NCBI GenBank assembly: GCA_023953615.1
Contig: JAMLJH010000001.1
Coordinates: 9,362 to 73,361 of the forward strand
Length of the DNA: 64,000 nt
Reading direction: 5' to 3'
Source of the DNA: Verrucomicrobiia bacterium
GTDB lineage: Bacteria; Verrucomicrobiota; Verrucomicrobiia; Limisphaerales; JADLHS01
Below, piece after piece: positions 35,387 to 44,356 of this stretch (within the stretch, counting starts at the first letter, position 1; each line of letters opens with the position of its first letter). The notes below the pieces were generated by a model, which saw only the letters and a program-made list of their open reading frames with translations, was not told where the DNA came from and did no database searches. The position numbers and the translations under genes are program-made.

Positions 35387-37933
35387 ATGAATCCGACGCA
35401 GGCTCCTGCTCGGTCGGCACGCTGGCTGGGAACGGTGGGAACATTGGGTTTGCCCCTGGCCCTGGCCGGCACACTGTGCTGGCCGGGTCAGGCGAAAGGA
35501 ACTGAATTGCTCGCCACTCCCGCCGCCATCAAACAGGAATTGATCCGTTTCAACACGATCGGCAGCGTGTTGTTGATCGCGGCGCATCCCGACGACGAGA
35601 ACACGCAGTTAATCACCTACCTGTCGCGGGGGCGGGGCTATCGCATGGGTTACCTCTCGCTGACGCGCGGTGATGGCGGACAAAATGTGATCGGGCCGGA
35701 GTTTGACGAAAAGCTCGGCGTGGCGCGCACGCAGGAATTACTGGCCGCGCGCCGATTGGATGGCGGCCAGCAGTTTTTCACCCGGGCGATAGATTTTGGT
35801 TACTCCAAAACGCCCGAAGAGACTTTGCGCTTTTGGGACCGGGACGCGGTGTTGGGCGACATTGTGCGCGTCATCCGAAAATTTCAGCCGGACGTAATCA
35901 TAACTCGTTTCCCCATTCCGCCCGGCAGCGGTGGGCACGGACATCATACGGCATCAGGAATTCTGGGGCTTGAAGCGTTCAAGCAAGCGGGCGATCCCAA
36001 CGCCTATCCGGATCAGATCCGAGCCGGGCTCCAACCGTGGTCGGCCAAACGCGTGCTGTGGAATGAATCCAGTTGGCAACGTCGCGATAGTTTGGAAGGA
36101 CCAACCATCCGGGTGGACATCGGCGGCACCGATCCGGTGACGGGCGAGGGCTTTGGAAGCATCGCCGCGGCCAGCCGGGCGCAACATATCACGCAAGGCT
36201 TTGGCAACTTCAATCGCGGCAGCGGCAGCGGCCCCACGCCTGAAACGTTCCGACTGCTCGCGGGCGATCCGCCCACAAACGATCTGATGGACGGTCTGGA
36301 TCTTACCTGGGCGCGTTATCCAGGTGGGGAAGAAATCGCGCAACAGACGCAAAAGGCGATCGCCGCTTTCGATCCGCAGTCACCGGCGCGCAGTGTGCCG
36401 GAATTACTGGCCATCCGCGCCAAATTATCCGCGCTGCCGGACAATGCGGTTCTGGCCGACAAACGCGCCCAACTGGATCACATTCTGCAATCCTGTCTGG
36501 GCTTGAGGGTGACCACCACAGCGGCGCGACCGGAAGTTGTGCCGGGTGAAACCGTAACCTTTACGCAAACGGTTCAACTGACCAGCGACGTGCCGGTGCG
36601 TTGGGTTGAAACACGGTTGCGCTACCCGGCGCAAACAATCCCAGTACACGCTCCGCTCGCCGTCGGAAAGGACCAGCAACAGGAGCTGCGCGTCACCGTG
36701 CCGTTGGATACGCCGTTGACGCAGCCTTACTGGTTGCGCGAACCGGGCACGAGCGGCACGTATCGGGTGGATGATTCAAGTTTGATTGGCACGCCGGAAA
36801 ACGCGCCGACGTTTCCGATGGATTACGTTTTTGATGTAGCCGGACAAACGCTGGTGATTCCGGATGAACCGCGGTGCCGGATTAAAGACGACCAGACGGA
36901 GCGGCAACGACGGGTGGATGTGATTCCGCCGGTATCGCTGCGTTTCATGGCGGAGGTGAATCTGTTCCATCCCGGTCGCACGCGCTCCGTCACCGTGGCC
37001 GTAACGGCAGCGCGCCCCAACCTCAAGGGCACGGTGCAGCTCGAATCTCCGGTCGGCTGGAAAATCACTCCCGCCACGCGCGAGTTTACGCTCGCCACCC
37101 CCGGCGCGAGTCAGTCACTTTCGTTTGAAGTCACCGCGCCGTCTGAACCGGCGACCGCGCGGCTCGGCGTCAGCGCCTCGGTCAATCATCAGCGCTACGC
37201 CAACCAACGCATTGAAATCAATTACCCGCACCTCCCCTTCATGCTGCTGCAACCCCCGGCCCAGTCCCGCTTGGTGGCGGTGGATTTTGCGGTGCGCGGA
37301 AAAAATGTCGGCTACGTGCCGGGCGCGGGCGACGCAACCGTGGCCGCACTGGAACAGTTGGGCTATCACGTCACGACCTTGACCGGCAGCGATTTGACGC
37401 CGGAAAACCTGAAAGGATTGGACACGGTGGTGATTGGGGTGCGCGCTTTCAATGAACGCCAGGACCTTGCCGCGCGAATGACCGATTTATTTGACTACGT
37501 AAAAAACGGCGGCACGGTCATCGCGCAATACAACCGCCCGAACGACTTAAAGACGCAGGAGCTGGGACCGTATCCGCTTTCGATTCAAGGTCCGGCGCCG
37601 CAGTTGCGCGTGACGGATGAACACGCCCCCGTCACCTTTCTGGATCCGCAATCGCCCGCTTTGACCACGCCCAACCCGATCAGCGCCGCTGATTTCGACG
37701 GTTGGGTGCAGGAACGCGGTTTGTATTTTCCGAGTCAGTGGGACGAGGAACATTACGACGCGGTATTGGCAATGGCGGATCCGGGAGAGGCCCCGTTGCG
37801 CGGCAGTTTGTTGGTCGCCAAATATGGTCAGGGGTATTACGTCTATACTGCGGTTGCGTTTTTTCGGCAATTGCCGCAAGGCGTGCCGGGCGCGTATCGG
37901 TTGTTCGCCAATTTGATTTCACTGGGGAAATGA
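35387..37933 (+). CDS. large PIG-L/LmbE-family deacetylase domain protein (secreted, C-terminal glutamine amidotransferase-like fold)
   Basis: LLIAAHPDDENTQL...LTRGDGGQN near the N-terminus. 848 aa with an N-terminal signal-like segment. Confidence 0.75.
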   Translation: MNPTQAPARSARWLGTVGTLGLPLALAGTLCWPGQAKGTELLATPAAIKQELIRFNTIGSVLLIAAHPDDENTQLITYLSRGRGYRMGYLSLTRGDGGQNVIGPEFDEKLGVARTQELLAARRLDGGQQFFTRAIDFGYSKTPEETLRFWDRDAVLGDIVRVIRKFQPDVIITRFPIPPGSGGHGHHTASGILGLEAFKQAGDPNAYPDQIRAGLQPWSAKRVLWNESSWQRRDSLEGPTIRVDIGGTDPVTGEGFGSIAAASRAQHITQGFGNFNRGSGSGPTPETFRLLAGDPPTNDLMDGLDLTWARYPGGEEIAQQTQKAIAAFDPQSPARSVPELLAIRAKLSALPDNAVLADKRAQLDHILQSCLGLRVTTTAARPEVVPGETVTFTQTVQLTSDVPVRWVETRLRYPAQTIPVHAPLAVGKDQQQELRVTVPLDTPLTQPYWLREPGTSGTYRVDDSSLIGTPENAPTFPMDYVFDVAGQTLVIPDEPRCRIKDDQTERQRRVDVIPPVSLRFMAEVNLFHPGRTRSVTVAVTAARPNLKGTVQLESPVGWKITPATREFTLATPGASQSLSFEVTAPSEPATARLGVSASVNHQRYANQRIEINYPHLPFMLLQPPAQSRLVAVDFAVRGKNVGYVPGAGDATVAALEQLGYHVTTLTGSDLTPENLKGLDTVVIGVRAFNERQDLAARMTDLFDYVKNGGTVIAQYNRPNDLKTQELGPYPLSIQGPAPQLRVTDEHAPVTFLDPQSPALTTPNPISAADFDGWVQERGLYFPSQWDEEHYDAVLAMADPGEAPLRGSLLVAKYGQGYYVYTAVAFFRQLPQGVPGAYRLFANLISLGK

Positions 37934-38082
37934 CCAAGCCGCATCCGCCATCTGAAGCGCCGTCCGAGGAAGCGCCGAACGTTCCCGGTTTCCGCACCTG
38001 GCGCGGCATTTATGTATTCGTGTTGTTTTGGTTCATCGGCTGCGTTGCGCTGTTGGCGTGGCTTTCCCACGCCTTCAAATGA
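37930..38082 (+). CDS. small (50-aa) single-TM protein, translationally coupled upstream of the symporter
   Basis: There are ATGA overlaps at both ends (37930-37933 and 38079-38082). The sequence is MTKPHPPSEAPSEEAPNVPGFRTWRGIYVFVLFWFIGCVALLAWLSHAFK. Confidence 0.5.
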   Translation: MTKPHPPSEAPSEEAPNVPGFRTWRGIYVFVLFWFIGCVALLAWLSHAFK

Positions 38083-39794
38083 ACTGGATTGACTGGCTGG
38101 TTCTGGTGGGAACGATGGTGGGCATTGCCGCCTACGGCACCTGGCGCACCCGCCACACGCGCAATCTCAACACGTACCTCAAGGGCAACGTCAACACGGG
38201 TTGGTTGACCATCGGCCTCTCGGTCATGGCCACCCAAGCCAGCACCATCACCTACCTTTCGCTGCCCGGGCAGGCGTTTGAAAGCGGCATTGACTTCATC
38301 CAAAACTATTTCGGTCTGCCGCTCGCGTTGATTGTGGTCTGCATCGTGTTTCTGCCAATCTACCGCAAACTCGGCGTTTATACCGCCTACGAATACCTCG
38401 GCAAACGGTTTGACGCCAAGACGCGGCTGCTCGGTGCGGCGCTGTTTCTCTTGCAACGCGGTTTGCAGGCGGGCATCACCATTTACGCGCCGGCCATCAT
38501 TCTCTCGACCGTGCTGGGCTGGCGATTGGATTTGACGATTCTGTTCACCGGTCTGCTGGTGGTGGTGTACACCGTCACTGGCGGCAGTGCGGCGGTGAAC
38601 CTGACGCAGAAATGGCAGATGGGCGTGATCTTCGTCGGGATGGTGGCCGCGTTCGTCATTCTGGTGTTGAAACTGCCGCCCGACGCCACGCACATCGCCG
38701 GCGCGTTGGGCAAATTACAGGGCGTGGACTTCACCCCGGACCTGAAACGCCGTTACACCTTCTGGAGCGGCATCCTCGGCGGATTCTTTCTCTCGCTTTC
38801 CTACTTCGGCACCGACCAATCGCAGGTGCAACGCTACATCGGCGGCGCCGCGTTGCGCGAAGGGCGCTTGGGGTTGATGTTCAACGCCGTGTTCAAAATC
38901 CCGATGCAATTCTTCATCGTGATGCTGGGCGCGCTGCTGTTCGTGTTCTATCAATTTCAGCCGAACACGCCCATCTTCTTCAACCAAACCGAGTGGCAGC
39001 GTCACGCGCAAGGTTCGCAAGGCGCGGAGCTGCGAATGATTGAAGCGAGGTTCGCCACGGTTCACGCCGAGAAGCAGGAGAAAATTCGCGCGTGGGTCGC
39101 CGCGCGTGATGGTGGCGACCCGACGCTCGAAAGCGCGGCCCGCACCACCATGATTGAATCCCATCAAGCCGCCAACGCGCTGCGCCAACAAGCCCGCAGC
39201 ACGTTGCTCGCGCTGGATCCCACGGTGAAAACCAAGGACTCGGATTACGTGTTCATCACTTTCATTCTGACGCAGCTTCCGCATGGACTGGTCGGTCTGC
39301 TGATCGCCGTGATGTTTGCCTCGGCGCTGTCCTCCAAAGCCGGGGAGTTGAACGCACTCGGCACGACGAGCACGATTGATCTGTGGCGGCACTTCCGGCC
39401 TCTGGCCGTTCACGACGAGGCGCGCAATGTGCGCAACGCCAAATGGTTCACCGCGTTGTGGGGCGTTTTTGCCATTGGTTTTGCCCTGTTCATCGGCTTT
39501 GCCGAAAACCTGATTGAAGCTTTGAACATCGTGGCTTCCATTTTTTATCCGTCGCTGCTGGGCGTGTTTTGCGTGGCGTTCTTCTTCAAACGCGTCGGCG
39601 GTTCGGCGGTGTTCGGGGCGGCCATCGTCGCGCAACTGCTCGTCTTGCTCATCTTTTTCTGCGGCAAACTGTTTCCCGCCTATGAAATCGGCTACCTCTG
39701 GCTGAATCCCATCGGTTGCGCCGGTTGCATCGGCTTCAGCCTGCTCTTTCAACTGTTATTCGGTCGCCGCAACCCGGCGATCGCCAAATCATGA
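38079..39794 (+). CDS. sodium:solute symporter (SSF) family transporter
   Basis: About 13 TM segments; YLKGN...GLSVMATQASTITYLSLPG and GTDQSQVQRY. The likely start is MNWIDW at 38079. Confidence 0.8.
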   Translation: MNWIDWLVLVGTMVGIAAYGTWRTRHTRNLNTYLKGNVNTGWLTIGLSVMATQASTITYLSLPGQAFESGIDFIQNYFGLPLALIVVCIVFLPIYRKLGVYTAYEYLGKRFDAKTRLLGAALFLLQRGLQAGITIYAPAIILSTVLGWRLDLTILFTGLLVVVYTVTGGSAAVNLTQKWQMGVIFVGMVAAFVILVLKLPPDATHIAGALGKLQGVDFTPDLKRRYTFWSGILGGFFLSLSYFGTDQSQVQRYIGGAALREGRLGLMFNAVFKIPMQFFIVMLGALLFVFYQFQPNTPIFFNQTEWQRHAQGSQGAELRMIEARFATVHAEKQEKIRAWVAARDGGDPTLESAARTTMIESHQAANALRQQARSTLLALDPTVKTKDSDYVFITFILTQLPHGLVGLLIAVMFASALSSKAGELNALGTTSTIDLWRHFRPLAVHDEARNVRNAKWFTALWGVFAIGFALFIGFAENLIEALNIVASIFYPSLLGVFCVAFFFKRVGGSAVFGAAIVAQLLVLLIFFCGKLFPAYEIGYLWLNPIGCAGCIGFSLLFQLLFGRRNPAIAKS

Positions 39795-40567
39795 GTGCGT
39801 CACCGATCATTTGTTTTGGCCAGCAACCTTGTGGCTTTTTTCCGCGCCGCTTTCTCTTCGCCAAAATTCAGACGGCCCGCCGGCTGCAGTCGGAGATTGG
39901 CGGTGAAATCGTGTTCTTCTATCACGATAGCGACCATGACCCGCGTGAGACGCGCACTTTGTTGCGGCATCGCAAAACCAACGAACTGGCGCACCTGAAT
40001 TTCAGCGTGACGAACAAAATCCAACGCAAATTCGCGCCGTTGTTTTTGAAACGCATCACTCCGGACTGGCCGCAGAAAACAGCGGCGCAACTGCCCAATT
40101 ACGTCGGACACGATTTGATGGATTTATTTCAATCCGTGACGGCGGATAACGTGGCGGACTTCTGTCTCGAGATGTACCGGCGACTCGGTTTGCTGGACGG
40201 CATCCGTCTGGTGCGCTCAGGCGATCCAGCCGTACGCCGCGCCGCCTGTGAGATCGAAGACCGCTTCGTGGATGTGCCTTATGAAGGCGAAATCGTCCGC
40301 GCGCGCCTCACGCCCGAAGGGTTTCAACTTCACGAGGGCGGCAATTCCTTCTTGCACTTCCCGACCACCGCTTTTACGAAGGAACAGGTCAGCCCGACGC
40401 GCGACAGCCGTTTGCGTTGGATGCAATCGGTCGTGCGTTGCACGCATTACGTCGCCGGCATGGGCGAACAAAATTATTTGCACCCGGAGGAAACGCCGGA
40501 GATTACTTTCGTGAAGCGCGATTTTATTGAACGTTCTGATGAAGCCTATACCGAAATCTCCCGTTAA
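39791..40567 (+). CDS. BshC-like protein, short form (N-terminal-domain-like, 258 aa)
   Basis: ICFGQQPCGFFPRRFLFAKI....IVFFYHDSDHDPRE resembles the BshC N-terminal GHQ/GQQ and EDHD motifs. ATG 39791 overlaps the symporter stop. It sits directly upstream of bshB-bshA. Confidence 0.45.
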   Translation: MSASPIICFGQQPCGFFPRRFLFAKIQTARRLQSEIGGEIVFFYHDSDHDPRETRTLLRHRKTNELAHLNFSVTNKIQRKFAPLFLKRITPDWPQKTAAQLPNYVGHDLMDLFQSVTADNVADFCLEMYRRLGLLDGIRLVRSGDPAVRRAACEIEDRFVDVPYEGEIVRARLTPEGFQLHEGGNSFLHFPTTAFTKEQVSPTRDSRLRWMQSVVRCTHYVAGMGEQNYLHPEETPEITFVKRDFIERSDEAYTEISR

Positions 40568-41276
40568 ACTCGCGCCGTTGTTGGTCTTCGGCGCGCACCC
40601 GGACGACATCGAATTCGGCTGCGGTGGCGTGGTCGCTTTGGAAACCCGACGCGGCCGCCCGACGCATCTGGTGGTCTGCTCCCGAGGCGAAGCGGCCACG
40701 CACGGCACGCCCAAACAACGCGCGCGAGAAGCGCAACAGGCGGCGAAAATTTTGGGCGCTACAATCGAGTGGATAACGCTGGACGGCGATGCGCATCTGG
40801 AATTAAAGGTCGCGCACACGATCAAGCTGGCGAAGCTCATTCGCCAACACCGTCCCGGCCTCGTGCTGGCCCCCTGCCCCGTCGAAAATCAGCATCCCGA
40901 TCACGACCGGCTCGGCAAACTGGTGCGCGATGCGGCGCGACTGGCGCGTTACGGCGGCGTCAAGGAATTGCGCCGCCAATTGCCCCATCGCATCGGACAA
41001 TTGCTCTTTTACGCGTTGACGGAAGAAGTGCAGGCCGTCGCGGGCAACGCCGTGTTGATTGACATTTCCGATCCGGCTCTGGTCGCCACCTGGACTCAAG
41101 CCATGCAAGCCCACGCTTCCCAAATGGCGACCCGGCGTTACGTGGAAATGCAACTTCTGCGCGCCCGGCTGAACGGTCATCGCGCCGGTGTCGAATACGC
41201 GCAGGCGTTGTTTCCCAACGACCCGCCGCTCCTGGAATCATTAACGCCGCTGGAACGTGGTGCGCGTCATTTTTGA
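40527..41276 (+). CDS. bshB: PIG-L family deacetylase, bacillithiol BshB-like
   Basis: LLVFGAHPDDIEFGCGG and HPDH motifs, adjacent to bshA. Confidence 0.65.
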   Translation: MNVLMKPIPKSPVKLAPLLVFGAHPDDIEFGCGGVVALETRRGRPTHLVVCSRGEAATHGTPKQRAREAQQAAKILGATIEWITLDGDAHLELKVAHTIKLAKLIRQHRPGLVLAPCPVENQHPDHDRLGKLVRDAARLARYGGVKELRRQLPHRIGQLLFYALTEEVQAVAGNAVLIDISDPALVATWTQAMQAHASQMATRRYVEMQLLRARLNGHRAGVEYAQALFPNDPPLLESLTPLERGARHF

Positions 41277-41277
41277 C

Positions 41278-42426
41278 ATGGTGGAGCGTCCCTTAAAAAT
41301 TGGCATTACCTGTTATCCGAGCGTCGGCGGCAGCGGCGTGCTGGCCACTTTGCTTGGCGAAGAACTCGCGCAACGCGGCCACGAGGTGCATTTCATCAGT
41401 TACGAACGTCCATTTCGCCTGCCCGAAAACGCGCCGCGCGTTTACTTCCATCCCGTCGTCATCAATGACTACGAACTGTTCAAGTATCCGGATTACACCC
41501 TGCCGCTCTCCGTGCGCATGGCGGAAGTCAGCCAACAATATCAGTTGGATATTTTGCACGCGCATTACGCCGTGCCGCACGCCACCGCCGCGCTGCTCGC
41601 GAACGCCATGCTGCCCGCCGACGCGCGCCCCCGCATCATCACCACCGTGCATGGCACCGACACCACGCTGCTCGGAAATGATCCCGGCTATCGTCCGGCA
41701 ATTTATCACGCTCTGGCCAACTCGGACGTCGTCACCGCCGTCTCCAATCATCTGCGCGCGGAAACCCAACGCGTCATCGGGTTCAACGGCCCCATCGAAG
41801 TGATCTACAATTTCTACGGTCCGCTGCCGCCACAACGCGCTCCGGAAACCGTGCGACGCGAACTGGGATTGCGCGACGAAACCCTGATCTTTCACGCCTC
41901 AAACCTGCGGCAAGTGAAACGCATTGACGTGCTGCTGGCCGCCGTCGCCCAGCTTCGTGATCGCCACGACTGGAAGTTGCTCATCCTGGCCGGCGCGCCA
42001 TTTGCGCCCTACGCCCAAGACGTGCAACGCCTCGGCCTGACCGACCGCGTCATCGTGCGTGAAAAGGTTCTGGACGTGGAAGATTACCTGCAAATCGCCG
42101 ACCTCGGATTGTTCACCTCGGACACGGAAAGTTTTTGTCTGAGCCTGCTGGAAGCCATGTGCTTTGGCTGTCCCAGCGTTTCGACGCGCGTTGGGGGCAT
42201 CCCGGAAGTGATCGAAGACCAGGTCTCAGGTCGGCTGGCTCCCGCCGGTGACGCCGACGCCTTGGCTCAAAACCTCCGGCATTTGCTCTCCGATTCCGTT
42301 GAACGGATCAAACTGGGTCACGCGGCAAAAATTCGCGCGCAGGAACGCTTCTCCGCGGAAGTCATCGTGCCGCAGTATGAGGCGCTATACCGCCGCGCGT
42401 TGGAAAACCAACCCAAACACAGTTAG
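41278..42426 (+). CDS. bshA: N-acetyl-alpha-D-glucosaminyl L-malate synthase (GT4), BshA
   Basis: LKIGITCYPSVGGSGVLATLLGEELAQRGHEVHFISYERPFRL and LHAHYAVPHATAALLA are typical of BshA. Confidence 0.75.
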   Translation: MVERPLKIGITCYPSVGGSGVLATLLGEELAQRGHEVHFISYERPFRLPENAPRVYFHPVVINDYELFKYPDYTLPLSVRMAEVSQQYQLDILHAHYAVPHATAALLANAMLPADARPRIITTVHGTDTTLLGNDPGYRPAIYHALANSDVVTAVSNHLRAETQRVIGFNGPIEVIYNFYGPLPPQRAPETVRRELGLRDETLIFHASNLRQVKRIDVLLAAVAQLRDRHDWKLLILAGAPFAPYAQDVQRLGLTDRVIVREKVLDVEDYLQIADLGLFTSDTESFCLSLLEAMCFGCPSVSTRVGGIPEVIEDQVSGRLAPAGDADALAQNLRHLLSDSVERIKLGHAAKIRAQERFSAEVIVPQYEALYRRALENQPKHS

Positions 42427-42486
42427 CTCCCGCCAGGTGCGGATTCGCATCAAGACCAGCGGACAACTACGGGTCGCGCAACGCCA

Positions 42487-44091
42487 TCAACGCGGGCGGG
42501 ATGGCGCGAAACGCTCAGCCGCGGCCGCGCGAAATTCCTCGTGAATTTCATTTTTCGCATAATTGATCCAGGCCACATCAATAAACAGGCTGATTCCAAA
42601 CCAACCCGCTACAGCGGGCAGAGGGCTGGGAAACATTTGGGCGAACGGAAGAAAAATCAACATTAACAACCAAGGCAGTGTCAAAATCGAACTGGCCGCC
42701 AGACGAAAATCCCGGCGGGTCGTCGGCGTGGCGACGCTCTTCCACAATCCCAGCCAGAAGAGCGCAAGCAAGTCGGGAACGAAAATCCCGACGACCACCA
42801 ACTGAATGCTCAGCATCGAAATTTGACCGGAGAAATCCAAATCATGGCGATACCAGCAAGCGCCCAACAGCGGCACCACCGTAGAGAGCAGGAGCAGAAA
42901 CGAGTTGCGAAACCGACGGCATAACGCCTGCCGTTCCCCCGCGATGATTTCCGCCACCGACAACGGAGTTACGAGCAACAGCTCAATCGCGCCGCTTTTC
43001 CGATCCCCCCACAGGCGCTGGCCCACTTCATTGCTCACCATCGCCTTGAAGGACGCCAACAGTGCCCAAACGGTCATCATATAACTAACGGGGTGAAGCC
43101 AATCCTGGCGCAACTCATAAAGTCCCCCAATCCAAAATGCGCCAAACAACGCGTACACCAGCCAGAATCCGTTGACGCCGCGGCGTTGGCGCAAGACCAG
43201 CCAACTGTAAGCATTTTTGTCGAGCAGCCCCCGGTGGCGGTTGACTTTCCGCCCACGCCGCGACCCCGGTTCAGACCGACCGCGCGCCGCAAGCGGGAAT
43301 TTCATTTTCCCTTCAGCCGTGGTTCGCCACGAACGCTGCAACTTAACGCCGGCCAAAATCAGGAACAGCCAGCCGAACGCATGAGTGATGGCCAGCGAAG
43401 GATAGAATAGATTTCCAAGCGACTGCGAATAGGCCGACGCCATGCCCGCCAGATAAGTAAAGACCGGGCATGGCAACAAAAAGATGAGTCGGTACGAGCC
43501 GTTGGTAAGGGGCGAATGTAGTTCCAACCAGCCCAGGAACGGCGGCACGCCAGTCACCAGCAGAATCAAACCCAGACCGACTGACGCTGCGGTTGCCGCG
43601 CGTTGACACCAAACTGAAGCCAACATTCCCGCGCTGAGCGAGAAAAATAGTGCGTTCAGAAACACCAGAGTCTGGCGCACATACTCGCCCCCGGTAACGC
43701 CGCCCAGCAGCAAGGGAATGCCCAATAACGGCACCACCGCCAGCAGCGCATAAAACAGAACGACCGAATGGGCGAGCAACTTGCCCAGCACCACGTCGTA
43801 GCCGCGCAAGTCCGTCAGAAACAGCAGCCCGAGCGTGCCTTCCCGCTTCTCGACACTCAGACAATCAGCCGTCGCCCGATAGCCCGCCACCAGCGCGAAG
43901 AGCGTGAGGCCGCCGGTCGCCAGATAAAACAACCCGGCGCCCATTTCGTGGGCGGAAAGCACGCCAGCTCCCAGCCGAAACCAACTGGCAGCAATCAGCA
44001 AAATCAGAGGCACCCAAAAGCGGACCCGATAAGTTCCCCGCCGTCGCGTCGCCACGCGCAACTCACGCTCGACGATCGGTAAAACTTGCAC
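42487..44091 (-). CDS. polytopic membrane protein (ABC-2 permease-like)
   Basis: 534 aa with more than 10 hydrophobic segments. The N-terminus is MQVLPIVERELRVATRRRGTYRVRFW. Confidence 0.7.
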   Translation of the reverse strand: MQVLPIVERELRVATRRRGTYRVRFWVPLILLIAASWFRLGAGVLSAHEMGAGLFYLATGGLTLFALVAGYRATADCLSVEKREGTLGLLFLTDLRGYDVVLGKLLAHSVVLFYALLAVVPLLGIPLLLGGVTGGEYVRQTLVFLNALFFSLSAGMLASVWCQRAATAASVGLGLILLVTGVPPFLGWLELHSPLTNGSYRLIFLLPCPVFTYLAGMASAYSQSLGNLFYPSLAITHAFGWLFLILAGVKLQRSWRTTAEGKMKFPLAARGRSEPGSRRGRKVNRHRGLLDKNAYSWLVLRQRRGVNGFWLVYALFGAFWIGGLYELRQDWLHPVSYMMTVWALLASFKAMVSNEVGQRLWGDRKSGAIELLLVTPLSVAEIIAGERQALCRRFRNSFLLLLSTVVPLLGACWYRHDLDFSGQISMLSIQLVVVGIFVPDLLALFWLGLWKSVATPTTRRDFRLAASSILTLPWLLMLIFLPFAQMFPSPLPAVAGWFGISLFIDVAWINYAKNEIHEEFRAAAAERFAPSRPR

Positions 44092-44356
44092 GACTTGCAG
44101 TTAGCCAAGTTCGCCGAAAGATTTCCAGCCCGAACCACCTGAACTGGGCTCCGCCCACCGTAACGCCATCCAGACCTGCAAACTCCAAATTAAAACAACT
44201 TGCCTCCCGATAAGGGCCAAATAAAATGCGGCGGTATCCATACGTGAAAACGTCTGAGCTAATCCAACCATGAAGACCGAATACCGGTTCTTTTTTTCAG
44301 GATAAGTTCAGAATTTATTGCGTGGAAATTCGACGAAATTACAACCTAAAAGTAAA

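Noticed and set aside
38010-39752. Minus-strand ORFs 38010..38693 and 38715..39752 (227 and 345 aa)
   Set aside because: They are antisense shadows of the sodium:solute symporter in GC-rich DNA. Their composition is Arg/Gly/His-rich and no motifs are present.
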